Source: Crocosphaera subtropica ATCC 51142
GTDB lineage: Bacteria > Cyanobacteriota > Cyanobacteriia > Cyanobacteriales > Microcystaceae
Direction: 5' to 3'
DNA: 32,000 nucleotides
NCBI RefSeq assembly: GCF_000017845.1
Contig: NC_010546.1
Location: forward strand, 4,860,001 to 4,892,000
In this document: piece after piece, positions 24,894-32,000 of the stretch
Layout of the letters: each line of letters starts with the position of its first letter
Position numbering within the stretch: position 1 is the first letter of the stretch
Translations under genes and position numbers: made by a program
Notes under the pieces: model-generated
What the model saw: only the letters and a program-made list of their open reading frames with translations
Told to the model about the DNA's origin: nothing
Database searches by the model: none

Positions 24894-24935
24894 GGGGTAT
24901 AGGGTGTAGGGTGTGGGGTGTAGGAAGTAGGTAGC
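24894..24935 (+). repeat. Tandem heptanucleotide repeat (about 6 units, consensus RGGGTGT), STRR-like, with a G-quadruplex-compatible G-tract pattern
   Basis: The units are ggggtat agggtgt agggtgt ggggtgt aggaagt aggtagc. Four G3-4 tracts separated by 3-4 nt lie at 24894-24918. The repeat sits in the 87-nt spacer between convergent genes. Confidence 0.7.
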
Positions 24936-24961
24936 TTAACTCTACTCTTTCTCTTTTGGTG

Positions 24962-26059
24962 TTACAATTCCATTTCTTCTCCTGATGACAGTTTAGAAAA
25001 AGGATTATAAAAGAGACTACCGGTTTGGGGGGGTAAGGTGGGATCTCCAATAATTTCTGTTATCCCTTTAATCACTCCCGTTAAAGGAATAGCGAGAATG
25101 ACCCCTAATAAACCGCCAATTTTTGCCCCTAATAATAAAGCAATAAAAATCATAACCGGGGGAAGTCCGGTTAAATTTCCCATGATTCTTGGGGCAATTA
25201 AATTATCTTTCACTTGTTGAATAATAACGGCCGTCACTAATACTTGTACGGCTAACCACCAATTAATAAATGTCAAAATAATAGTAACGGTTCCAATGCC
25301 TAACGTTGCCCCAATAAAAGGTAGAATCTCCATGATACCGATGAAAACAGCAAAGAGAAGAAAAAAGGGAATTCCTAACAACCGAAAGGCAATAGTTAAG
25401 CTAACAGCCATAAATAAACCTAAGATTAGTTGGCCGGTCAAAAATCGTTGTAAATTCTTTTCTAATGTAGTGGTTAAAACCCCACGAATTTGAGGAGAGA
25501 AAAAGTTTATTATACTTTTCCAAATCTTCTCCCCATCTAATAACATATAAAAAGAAACAACAATAACAACAATTAAATCAATAAACCAGTTAAATGTTCC
25601 TAAAACTAACCCGAAACCAGTGGAAGCAATATCTTTTGTTTGTGCTTCTATTTTCGTTAATATTTGAGAAGCCAAAAACTCAAGATCAATTGGCAAATTT
25701 TTAGTGTTAATTAGTGCTTGTAATGTCACTAATTGTTGTTCTCCTTCTTCTAATAAACTGGGTAATTTAGTAATTAACTGTTTTCCTTGATTAACCACAG
25801 GAGGAAGTAAGGTTATTGCCAAGAAAATAACAATAAAAATTGCTCCTAAATAAACTAAGGTAGCAGCTAGAGAACGAGGTAAAACGGTTTTTAAACCTCT
25901 TACGGGATAGTTGAGTAAAAAAGCAATTAAAGAAGCGGTTAAAATTAAACTAATTAAGCCACCAATATAACTTAAAGTTTTAATTGTTAACCAACCTGTA
26001 ACTAATATGAGTAACCAAGTAACTAGAATTTTTTGAGGGCGGGAAAACCAAGAATTCAT
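24962..26059 (-). CDS. AI-2E family transporter (PerM/UPF0118)
   Basis: 365 aa with about 8 TM helices. The family-typical C-terminal region is IAPRIMGNLTGLPPVMIFIALLLGAKIGGLLGVILAIPLTGVIKGI. Confidence 0.9.
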   Translation of the reverse strand: MNSWFSRPQKILVTWLLILVTGWLTIKTLSYIGGLISLILTASLIAFLLNYPVRGLKTVLPRSLAATLVYLGAIFIVIFLAITLLPPVVNQGKQLITKLPSLLEEGEQQLVTLQALINTKNLPIDLEFLASQILTKIEAQTKDIASTGFGLVLGTFNWFIDLIVVIVVSFYMLLDGEKIWKSIINFFSPQIRGVLTTTLEKNLQRFLTGQLILGLFMAVSLTIAFRLLGIPFFLLFAVFIGIMEILPFIGATLGIGTVTIILTFINWWLAVQVLVTAVIIQQVKDNLIAPRIMGNLTGLPPVMIFIALLLGAKIGGLLGVILAIPLTGVIKGITEIIGDPTLPPQTGSLFYNPFSKLSSGEEMEL

Positions 26060-26090
26060 GAGTTAGTTTTAATGATGGACAACAAAAAAT

Positions 26091-27449
26091 TTACGATGAT
26101 AAATCACTGACTAAAGGGGTAGGATAAGCATTAAAATGAGCCTTTCTGAGAGCTTCAATCACTGACTGATCATTTTGTACCCAATAATCTTGTCCCAAGC
26201 GAATTAATTGGCGATTTTCTCCACTTCCGATAATAGCGATAACAGGAACTTTTGCCTTATTTTTATCTCCAGAATGTTCTTGAAGAATCCCTTTTAAACT
26301 ATGATATGAAACTTGATTTATTGCTTGTTCAAGACTTAAGTTTACCATCACCATTCTCACGGTTTCTACGGGTTCAGCATCTTCAACAATTAATTGAACT
26401 TTATCATCTCGATAATCAACTTTTCCCCATACAATAAGGCGAGAATCTTCAATTAAAACTTCTCGAATTCTTTTATAACTTTCAGGAAAACAAACCGCAT
26501 CTACTTGTGCTGAACCATCTTCTAAAACTAAGAAAGCCATTTGATCACCCTTTTTAGTGGTGTATTGCTTCACTTCGTTAACCATGATAACAGCACTGAC
26601 TTTTGTTTTTGCTTTTTGTTCTCCCATTTCATTTAAGTTAATAGGAGATAGAATTTTAGCAGCTTTTTTGACAGCCGTTAAAGGGTGTTCTGAAACATAA
26701 AAGCCGAGGTGTTCTTTTTCTAGTTTTAATTTATCTTGCAATGAATAATCTTCTACAGAAGATGCACTGGGAGCTTGTTTAAAATCCGTATTTGCTTCAG
26801 TTGATTCTGTTGTATTGCCACTCATTAAGTCAAAAATATTTAACTGTCCACTTTCTTTTTCTTTGGTTCGTTTTTGCGCCCAAGGAACCACTAATTCTAA
26901 ATCATTAATTAATTGTTTACGATTGGGGTAAATAGCATCAAATGCTCCAGCATAAATTAACGTTTCTAACGCTCTTTTATTCACAGAACGTAAATCAACA
27001 CGACAGCAAAAATCCGCCAGAGATTCAAACTGTCCTTCTGCTTCTTCCCGTGCTTTTAAAATGTTATCAATTGCTCCTTCACCTAAATTTCTAACTGCCG
27101 AAAAACCAAAGAGAATTTGTTTGCCTACAGGGGTAAAATCTTTTTGTGAGCGATTGATATCTGGGGGTAAAACATCAATGCCCATTTTTTGGCAGTTTTC
27201 CCGATATTTTTCGACCTTATCCTGATTGTCGCTACTGGCGGTTAATAAAGCCGTCATGTATTCAACGGGATAATTAGCTTTTAAATAAGCAGTTTGATAG
27301 GTGACATACGCATAAGCTGTTGAGTGAGATTTATTAAAGCAGTTAGAAGCAATTAAGCCATTGTGGAGTAAGAAATTATGCTCTTTTTCTACTCCAATAT
27401 CATAGACCTTTTGCACGCCTAACGACTGACGACCAATGATTTTAACCAT
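26091..27449 (-). CDS. dnaE: DNA polymerase III alpha subunit, C-terminal half, preceded by the split DnaE intein C-fragment
   Basis: It starts with the 36-aa IntC ([36 protein letters not shown]) followed by the extein [25 protein letters not shown]..., the conserved Pol III alpha region. An OB-fold-like C-terminus is also present. Confidence 0.95.
   Translation of the reverse strand: MVKIIGRQSLGVQKVYDIGVEKEHNFLLHNGLIASNCFNKSHSTAYAYVTYQTAYLKANYPVEYMTALLTASSDNQDKVEKYRENCQKMGIDVLPPDINRSQKDFTPVGKQILFGFSAVRNLGEGAIDNILKAREEAEGQFESLADFCCRVDLRSVNKRALETLIYAGAFDAIYPNRKQLINDLELVVPWAQKRTKEKESGQLNIFDLMSGNTTESTEANTDFKQAPSASSVEDYSLQDKLKLEKEHLGFYVSEHPLTAVKKAAKILSPINLNEMGEQKAKTKVSAVIMVNEVKQYTTKKGDQMAFLVLEDGSAQVDAVCFPESYKRIREVLIEDSRLIVWGKVDYRDDKVQLIVEDAEPVETVRMVMVNLSLEQAINQVSYHSLKGILQEHSGDKNKAKVPVIAIIGSGENRQLIRLGQDYWVQNDQSVIEALRKAHFNAYPTPLVSDLSS
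27342..27449 (-). other. Split intein C-fragment (IntC) of the DnaE trans-splicing intein
   Basis: The 36 codons end in ...HNGLIASN and are immediately followed by Cys+1 (CFN). They closely resemble the Npu/Ssp DnaE IntC (MIKIATRKYLGKQNVYDIGVERDHNFALKNGFIASN) as I remember it. Confidence 0.9.
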
Positions 27450-27500
27450 AATGTTTCGACTAATGATACTCTAAGAAAAGTTAGCAAATTCAGTAAGAAA

Positions 27501-28475
27501 ATGGACTTAGCCATTGTTATTATTAACTATAGAACCCCTCATCTGGTGATCGACTGTTTACAATCCCTTCAACCCCAGATAGATAGTTCACGTCATCGTG
27601 TTCTATTAGTAGATAATAATTCTGGGGATGACTCCGTTCCTATTTTAGAACAAGCTATTGAAGATTATCACTGGAAATCTTGGGTAAACTTAATTCCTTC
27701 CCCTGTTAACGGTGGGTTTTCTGCGGGTAATAATATGGGAATGAAAGCAGTGACCGCTAAAGCTTACTTGCTACTTAACAGTGATACCATTGTTAGGCCA
27801 GGAGCGATCGCTTCTCTCGAAAACGCTTTAAACAAGCATCCCGAAGCAGGATTAATTAGTCCTCGTCTCGAATGGCCCGATGAAACCCCACAAATTAGCT
27901 GTTTTCGCTATCATTCTCCTCTGAGTCAGTTCATCGATGGTGCAGCAACGGGTCTTATTACTAAGCTACTCAATGCTTATAATGTCCCCATATCCGTCAG
28001 GGATACCCCTTTTGAACCTCAATGGACCAGTTTTGCTTGTGTATTAATTAGACAAGAAGTTATCAAGGAAATTGGGTTCATGGATGAAGGTTATTTTATG
28101 TATTTTGATGATATTGATTATTGTCGTCGTGCGAGAAATGCCGGATGGACGGTTCTTCATTGGCCTGATGCTAGAGTGGTTCATCTACGAGGGGGAAGTG
28201 GTTCGGTAAAATCAGAGGTAGCGGCCCGTAAGCGTCCCCGTCCCTATCTCTATGCGTCCCGTTCTCGCTATTTTGCTAAATTTTATGGAAGATTTGGTCT
28301 TTGGGTTACTAATTTTTGTTGGTTATTGGGACGGAGTATTGCCTGGATACGAGAATTGATTAACAATAAACAACCCCATACTTGTCAATACCAAGAACAA
28401 GATATTTGGATGAATTGGAAAGAACCTTTAAAATTGCCTATTTTACCTGCTAGTAATCATGAAAAAACTGCCTAA
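27501..28475 (+). CDS. Family 2 glycosyltransferase
   Basis: LAIVIINYRTPHLVIDCLQSL, VLLVDNNSGDDS, NGGFSAGNNMG, LLLNSDT and FMYFDDIDYCRRARNAGW together form a GT-A / GT2 (rhamnosyltransferase-like) signature. Confidence 0.9.
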   Translation: MDLAIVIINYRTPHLVIDCLQSLQPQIDSSRHRVLLVDNNSGDDSVPILEQAIEDYHWKSWVNLIPSPVNGGFSAGNNMGMKAVTAKAYLLLNSDTIVRPGAIASLENALNKHPEAGLISPRLEWPDETPQISCFRYHSPLSQFIDGAATGLITKLLNAYNVPISVRDTPFEPQWTSFACVLIRQEVIKEIGFMDEGYFMYFDDIDYCRRARNAGWTVLHWPDARVVHLRGGSGSVKSEVAARKRPRPYLYASRSRYFAKFYGRFGLWVTNFCWLLGRSIAWIRELINNKQPHTCQYQEQDIWMNWKEPLKLPILPASNHEKTA

Positions 28476-29340
28476 CTTTATTATTATTGGTGCGATGAAA
28501 TGTGCAACCAGTTCTCTCCATGAACAATTAAACCAACAACCAGGAATTTTCATGAGTGAACTGAAAGAACCTAATTTTTTTAGTAACGATGAAGAATATA
28601 GTAAAGGGTTAAACTGGTATTTATCCCATTTTAAAGAAGCTAATATTAATGATTTACGAGGAGAATCTAGTACCCATTATAGTAAATTACCCACCTATCC
28701 CCACACCATTGAACGACTACAAAAACATCTCCCGAATGCTAAATTTATTTATGTGATGCGTCATCCCATTAATCGTTTAGTCTCTCAATATATTCACGAA
28801 TGGAGTCAACGGGTTATTTCTGAAGAAATTAATGAGAGTCTTGATCGGTATCCTGAATTGATTGAATATAGTTTATATACAAAACAATTACAACCCTACT
28901 TTGATACTTTCGGAAAAGAGAGGGTATTACCGATTTTTTTTGAGAGAATGTTAACCACTCCTCAAACAGAATTAGAAAAAATTTGTCACTTTATTGGATA
29001 TACCAACAAACCTCGATGGGATGAACAATTAAATGCCAGTAATGTCTCCAGTGAACGGATGATTAAAAGTGATTGGCGAGATGCTATGGTAGAAGCACCA
29101 GGGTTAAAACAATTACGGCGTTTACTCATTCCAAAAAGCTTCCGAACTTGGGTAAGAAGTCTTTGGACAATTAAGAAAAAACCTGAATTAACCTCAGAAA
29201 ATATTGAAAAATTAACAAAAATTTTTGATCAAGATTTAGCTGTTTTAGGCAGTTGGTTAAGGGTTGAATTAACCTGTGATAATTTTCAAGAAACGGTTAA
29301 ACATTCATCTTTAAATTGGGTTAATACAACTCGTATTTAA
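28459..29340 (+). CDS. Sulfotransferase family protein
   Basis: A 5'-PSB-like motif (PNFIIIGAMKCATSSL) and a 3'-PB-like motif (FIYVMRHPINRLVSQY) are present. The start overlaps the GT2 gene by 17 nt. Confidence 0.85.
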   Translation: MKKLPNFIIIGAMKCATSSLHEQLNQQPGIFMSELKEPNFFSNDEEYSKGLNWYLSHFKEANINDLRGESSTHYSKLPTYPHTIERLQKHLPNAKFIYVMRHPINRLVSQYIHEWSQRVISEEINESLDRYPELIEYSLYTKQLQPYFDTFGKERVLPIFFERMLTTPQTELEKICHFIGYTNKPRWDEQLNASNVSSERMIKSDWRDAMVEAPGLKQLRRLLIPKSFRTWVRSLWTIKKKPELTSENIEKLTKIFDQDLAVLGSWLRVELTCDNFQETVKHSSLNWVNTTRI

Positions 29341-30448
29341 GCAAAGTACAAGGTAAAGAACCATTATATACAGGAATACGTCCAGAGGTTCTTAAGCCAA
29401 TTTTTTTGGTTAATTCCTTATTTCCACTTAAAACATAAGCTGTCCACCCCTTAAAACGCTGTTTAAATACATCTCCTAATAGTTTATATAATGACCCTAA
29501 TTCTTGGGAGTTTCCTAACCGTTTGCCATAGGGAGGATTACAAATAATAATACCATGATCCGTGGGGGCTTCAATATTTTCTAAAGCAACTTGGGTTATT
29601 TTAATGTGATGATCAAGATCAGATTTTTTTGCGTTTATTATTGCTTGTTGGACTATTTCAAAGTCTTGATCACTACCAAAAATAGGTGCGTCTAGTTCAT
29701 GTTTTTGTTGCTGAATCGCATCATCAATTATTTGATCACATAACGCTGCATCAAAGTCTGGCCACTGTTCAAAATTAAAACGATTTCTCGATAAACCAGG
29801 AGCAATATTCAAGCTTTTCAGTGCAGCTTCAATAGGTAAGATTCCTGACCCACACATGGGGTCTAAAAAGGGAATATCAGGTGTCCAGTTTGCCATCTCT
29901 AATAGTGCAGCAGCTAAGCTTTCTTTGAGGGGCGCAACTCCCATTGCTGGCCGATATCCTCTACGGTGTAAACTGTCTCCTGAACTATCTAAACTAAGAA
30001 TACATTGATCTTCGTAAATATGAGCATTGATTAAAATATCGGGGTTTTTAACATCAATATTAGATCGTCTATTGTAACGCTCTCTTTGTTGGTCAACAAT
30101 GGCATTTTTTATCTGTAATGCTGTAAAATGACTGTGATTGAGTTCTTGATTTTTTCCTGTACAGTTAACGGCAAAGGTTTGATCAATTTGTATATAGTCA
30201 GACCAATCTATTTTTCTGGCGTTATTGTATAAGTCTTCTGCATTTTTACTATTAATGGTGTGAATCGGTACTAAAATCCGAAAGATAATTCTTGACCAGA
30301 TATTAACTTTATATAGTAAGGCTTTATCTCCTTCAAAATAAACCCCAGTAAAGTCAGGATTAACATTTTTGGCTCCTAATTTTTCTAATTCTTTAGCAGC
30401 AATTTCTTCTAACCCTCTGGCTACGGTCGCAAAATATTGATTAGTCAT
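29321..30448 (-). CDS. THUMP-domain class I SAM-dependent RNA methyltransferase (RlmL N-terminal-like, m2G type)
   Basis: It has a THUMP-like N-terminus, the SAM-binding motif LDPMCGSGILPIEAA and the catalytic NPPYGKRLG. Its 3' end overlaps the convergent sulfotransferase gene by 20 nt. Confidence 0.9.
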   Translation of the reverse strand: MTNQYFATVARGLEEIAAKELEKLGAKNVNPDFTGVYFEGDKALLYKVNIWSRIIFRILVPIHTINSKNAEDLYNNARKIDWSDYIQIDQTFAVNCTGKNQELNHSHFTALQIKNAIVDQQRERYNRRSNIDVKNPDILINAHIYEDQCILSLDSSGDSLHRRGYRPAMGVAPLKESLAAALLEMANWTPDIPFLDPMCGSGILPIEAALKSLNIAPGLSRNRFNFEQWPDFDAALCDQIIDDAIQQQKHELDAPIFGSDQDFEIVQQAIINAKKSDLDHHIKITQVALENIEAPTDHGIIICNPPYGKRLGNSQELGSLYKLLGDVFKQRFKGWTAYVLSGNKELTKKIGLRTSGRIPVYNGSLPCTLLKYELY

Positions 30449-30578
30449 TATTTTCTTTTCTATTTATACTTGTGAGGCACGGTGTTTTTAGTTTTTGAGC
30501 ATAGGAACTAGGAAATAGGAAAAAATTAAAGTGTACCTCATGAGTCTGAGAAAGGCGATGAATTTTTAAAATCGTCTT

Positions 30579-31562
30579 TTAACCTAATCCCAATTCCCGT
30601 TTCAAGAGATTAATGGACTTTTCTCCGATGTAATATTCAGAACAAATGACATCTGGGGGACGAATTAAATCATCTCTTACGGTTAAGATGGCTTCTTTAA
30701 CCAAAGAATAGCTGGCAGGATCACTGATAATAGTTTGTGCTGATCGCACTAAGGTTAACAATTGACGGCGATCGCTCACCTGTGCCGTAATTAATAATAA
30801 ATCATCTCCCCGTAAACTATGAATCAGAATTTCGGCAACTCGAATAATTCCTGGACTTAAACTAACAATTCCTAAACGGGTGTCCCTTGGTAATTCTTTA
30901 ATAATAGCCAGTTCTTTCCCATAATCGTAAATATCGATGGGAAAAACACGAGTCGCATGGGGAGATCCAATAGATTCTGCTTCAGGAATAAAATATCGGC
31001 TAGTGACCACAGTCGCTGATTTGGTTTGAGATAAGACTTTATCCAAGTCTTCTATGGGGACTAACTCAACAGGAATAGCTAGAGCTTTTTCTAACTCTTG
31101 TAAAATCAGTTCTCCGGCCCCCATATCCCGACGAGGGACAGTGACTAATACCTGTGCGCTACATCGTAACCGCCAATCAATGATCGCTAAAAATAATTCT
31201 TTGGCTTGGGAGAGGGTTAACCCTTGTTTGAGAAGTTCATCTAAGCTTTTATGAACCAGTTGACTTTCTTGGGGATATTGGGTGAATAAGGGAGACTCAG
31301 GAAGGGAAATTTCTTCGTTATTTTGAGCCTTAACATATATTCCTGAACCCGCAATGGATTCTACTAAGCTGGCTTCTTCGAGTTGTTGATAAACTTTACT
31401 GATGGTGTTGCGATGTAGTCCTGTCATGGTCGCCAGTTGACGGGTACTGGGTAAGCGATGACCTGGAGGATATTGACTAGAAGCGATGGCAAACCGAATC
31501 TGATCAAACAGTTGTTTAGAGGCGGGAATATCACTATCGGATTGTATTTTGAACTGAAGCAT
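30579..31562 (-). CDS. GntR-family transcriptional regulator with a cyanobacteria-type C-terminal domain (PlmA-like)
   Basis: The N-terminal winged HTH is FDQIRFAIASSQYPPGHRLPSTRQLATMTGLHRNTISKVYQQLEEASLVESIAGSGIYV. The approx 250-aa C-terminal domain does not resemble the FadR, HutC or MocR types. ATG 31562 is preferred over the TTG at 31580. Confidence 0.8.
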   Translation of the reverse strand: MLQFKIQSDSDIPASKQLFDQIRFAIASSQYPPGHRLPSTRQLATMTGLHRNTISKVYQQLEEASLVESIAGSGIYVKAQNNEEISLPESPLFTQYPQESQLVHKSLDELLKQGLTLSQAKELFLAIIDWRLRCSAQVLVTVPRRDMGAGELILQELEKALAIPVELVPIEDLDKVLSQTKSATVVTSRYFIPEAESIGSPHATRVFPIDIYDYGKELAIIKELPRDTRLGIVSLSPGIIRVAEILIHSLRGDDLLLITAQVSDRRQLLTLVRSAQTIISDPASYSLVKEAILTVRDDLIRPPDVICSEYYIGEKSINLLKRELGLG

Positions 31563-31723
31563 AGCTACCACGCCGAACAAACCATATCAGATTTATCGAC
31601 ATTATTTTACCGTGAATCGTTCCTGATCTAACTAATTTCAAGAAAAAGTAGGTTATGGTAAAGTTGGGGTGTTGCTGAGTCACCGAGTCAAAAGATTAAA
31701 TATTAAACTAAATTATTCGAGTA

Positions 31724-32000
31724 ATGGAACCTCTTGATTCTAGTTCTTTAGGAATCGCTTTACAAAAGATTATTGATCAATTGGGACAGCTTTTAAAAGT
31801 TGATTGCTGTATTTTGCGTCCATTTCATGCCCATTGTTTAATTAAAAATAGTATTTTCTATTATCCAAATAAAAATCAAGAAGAGTTATCACTCTTAGAA
31901 AAAACAATTATTCCAATTGAATATATAGAAGTTATTACATCTACAGATAATTTCCTGACTCTTGCTCAACCGAAAACTTTAGAAGAAACTCAAAGGAAAA
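31724..32000 (+). CDS. 5' part of an ORF running off the window (possibly a GAF-type sensor N-terminus)
   Basis: The ATG at 31724 is followed by 92 stop-free codons to the window edge (MEPLDSSSLGIALQKIIDQLGQLLKVDCCILRPFH...). LGxxLxxIxxxLxxLLxVDxxxI is a typical start for a GAF domain. The ORF is absent from the track because it is open-ended. Confidence 0.45.
   Translation, partial: MEPLDSSSLGIALQKIIDQLGQLLKVDCCILRPFHAHCLIKNSIFYYPNKNQEELSLLEKTIIPIEYIEVITSTDNFLTLAQPKTLEETQRK

Noticed and set aside
98-31254. Many 60-100-aa ORFs in the track lie inside or antisense to the large genes. Examples are 98-289, 373-612, 4186-4374, 4468-4683, 8166-8471, 9777-9971, 10240-10425, 10397-10678, 11967-12206, 13583-13810, 14014-14205, 14587-14805, 19121-19387, 19508-19693, 19781-20005, 20030-20262, 25038-25220, 25296-25493, 26252-26437 and 31054-31254.
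   Set aside because: Each is fully embedded in a longer ORF with clear family motifs. Their translations are low-complexity or Cys/Ser/Arg-rich with no recognisable motif. I treat them as shadow ORFs.
1-32000. CRISPR arrays, tRNA, rRNA or tmRNA genes, and recognisable defence-system genes.
   Set aside because: I saw no regularly spaced direct repeats, no cloverleaf-compatible or rRNA-like segments in the intergenic regions, and no nuclease, helicase or methylase defence signatures on either strand.

Overview
Cyanobacterial chromosomal segment. The evidence is AT-rich coding sequence, at least 13 perfect HIP1 octamers (GCGATCGC), ndhH, a split-intein dnaE C-half and kai clock genes. I support about 30 protein-coding genes, one of them the disrupted IS630 transposase, and I found no rRNA, tRNA or CRISPR array. 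Housekeeping or familiar genes are an RND-efflux adaptor (5' partial), hspA, a DUF1995 protein, a YfcG-like GST, FeoA, a cation/H+ antiporter fused to tandem USP domains, an RluE-type pseudouridine synthase, ndhH, lepA, an AI-2E transporter, dnaE-C with its 36-aa IntC, a GT2 glycosyltransferase overlapping a sulfotransferase, a THUMP RNA methyltransferase and a PlmA-like GntR regulator. Five things deserve a second look. (1) A non-canonical clock operon at 17473-20243: a receiver-domain/KaiA-like chimera (KaiA3 type), KaiB and a KaiC3-like KaiC. (2) A tightly packed five-gene cluster at 9767-15142. It encodes a coiled-coil protein, a small acidic/basic protein, a membrane protein with a Roadblock-like cytoplasmic module plus periplasmic BON-BON-OmpA, a Rab-like GTPase with Lys at the catalytic Gln position, and a PAS-GGDEF-EAL enzyme. 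An A10 tract could fuse genes 2 and 3 by -1 slippage. (3) A decayed IS630 element at 15877-17099, broken by two GC-rich hairpin mini-insertions whose clean removal restores the frame. It also has an A AAA AAC slip site, and about 96-nt MITEs with the same termini are scattered through the window. (4) An orphan intrinsic terminator at 23678-23704 that may mark a small RNA. (5) A G-rich heptamer tandem repeat with G-quadruplex potential at 24894-24935. All functional calls come from reading the translated ORFs against remembered family motifs. No database search was run.
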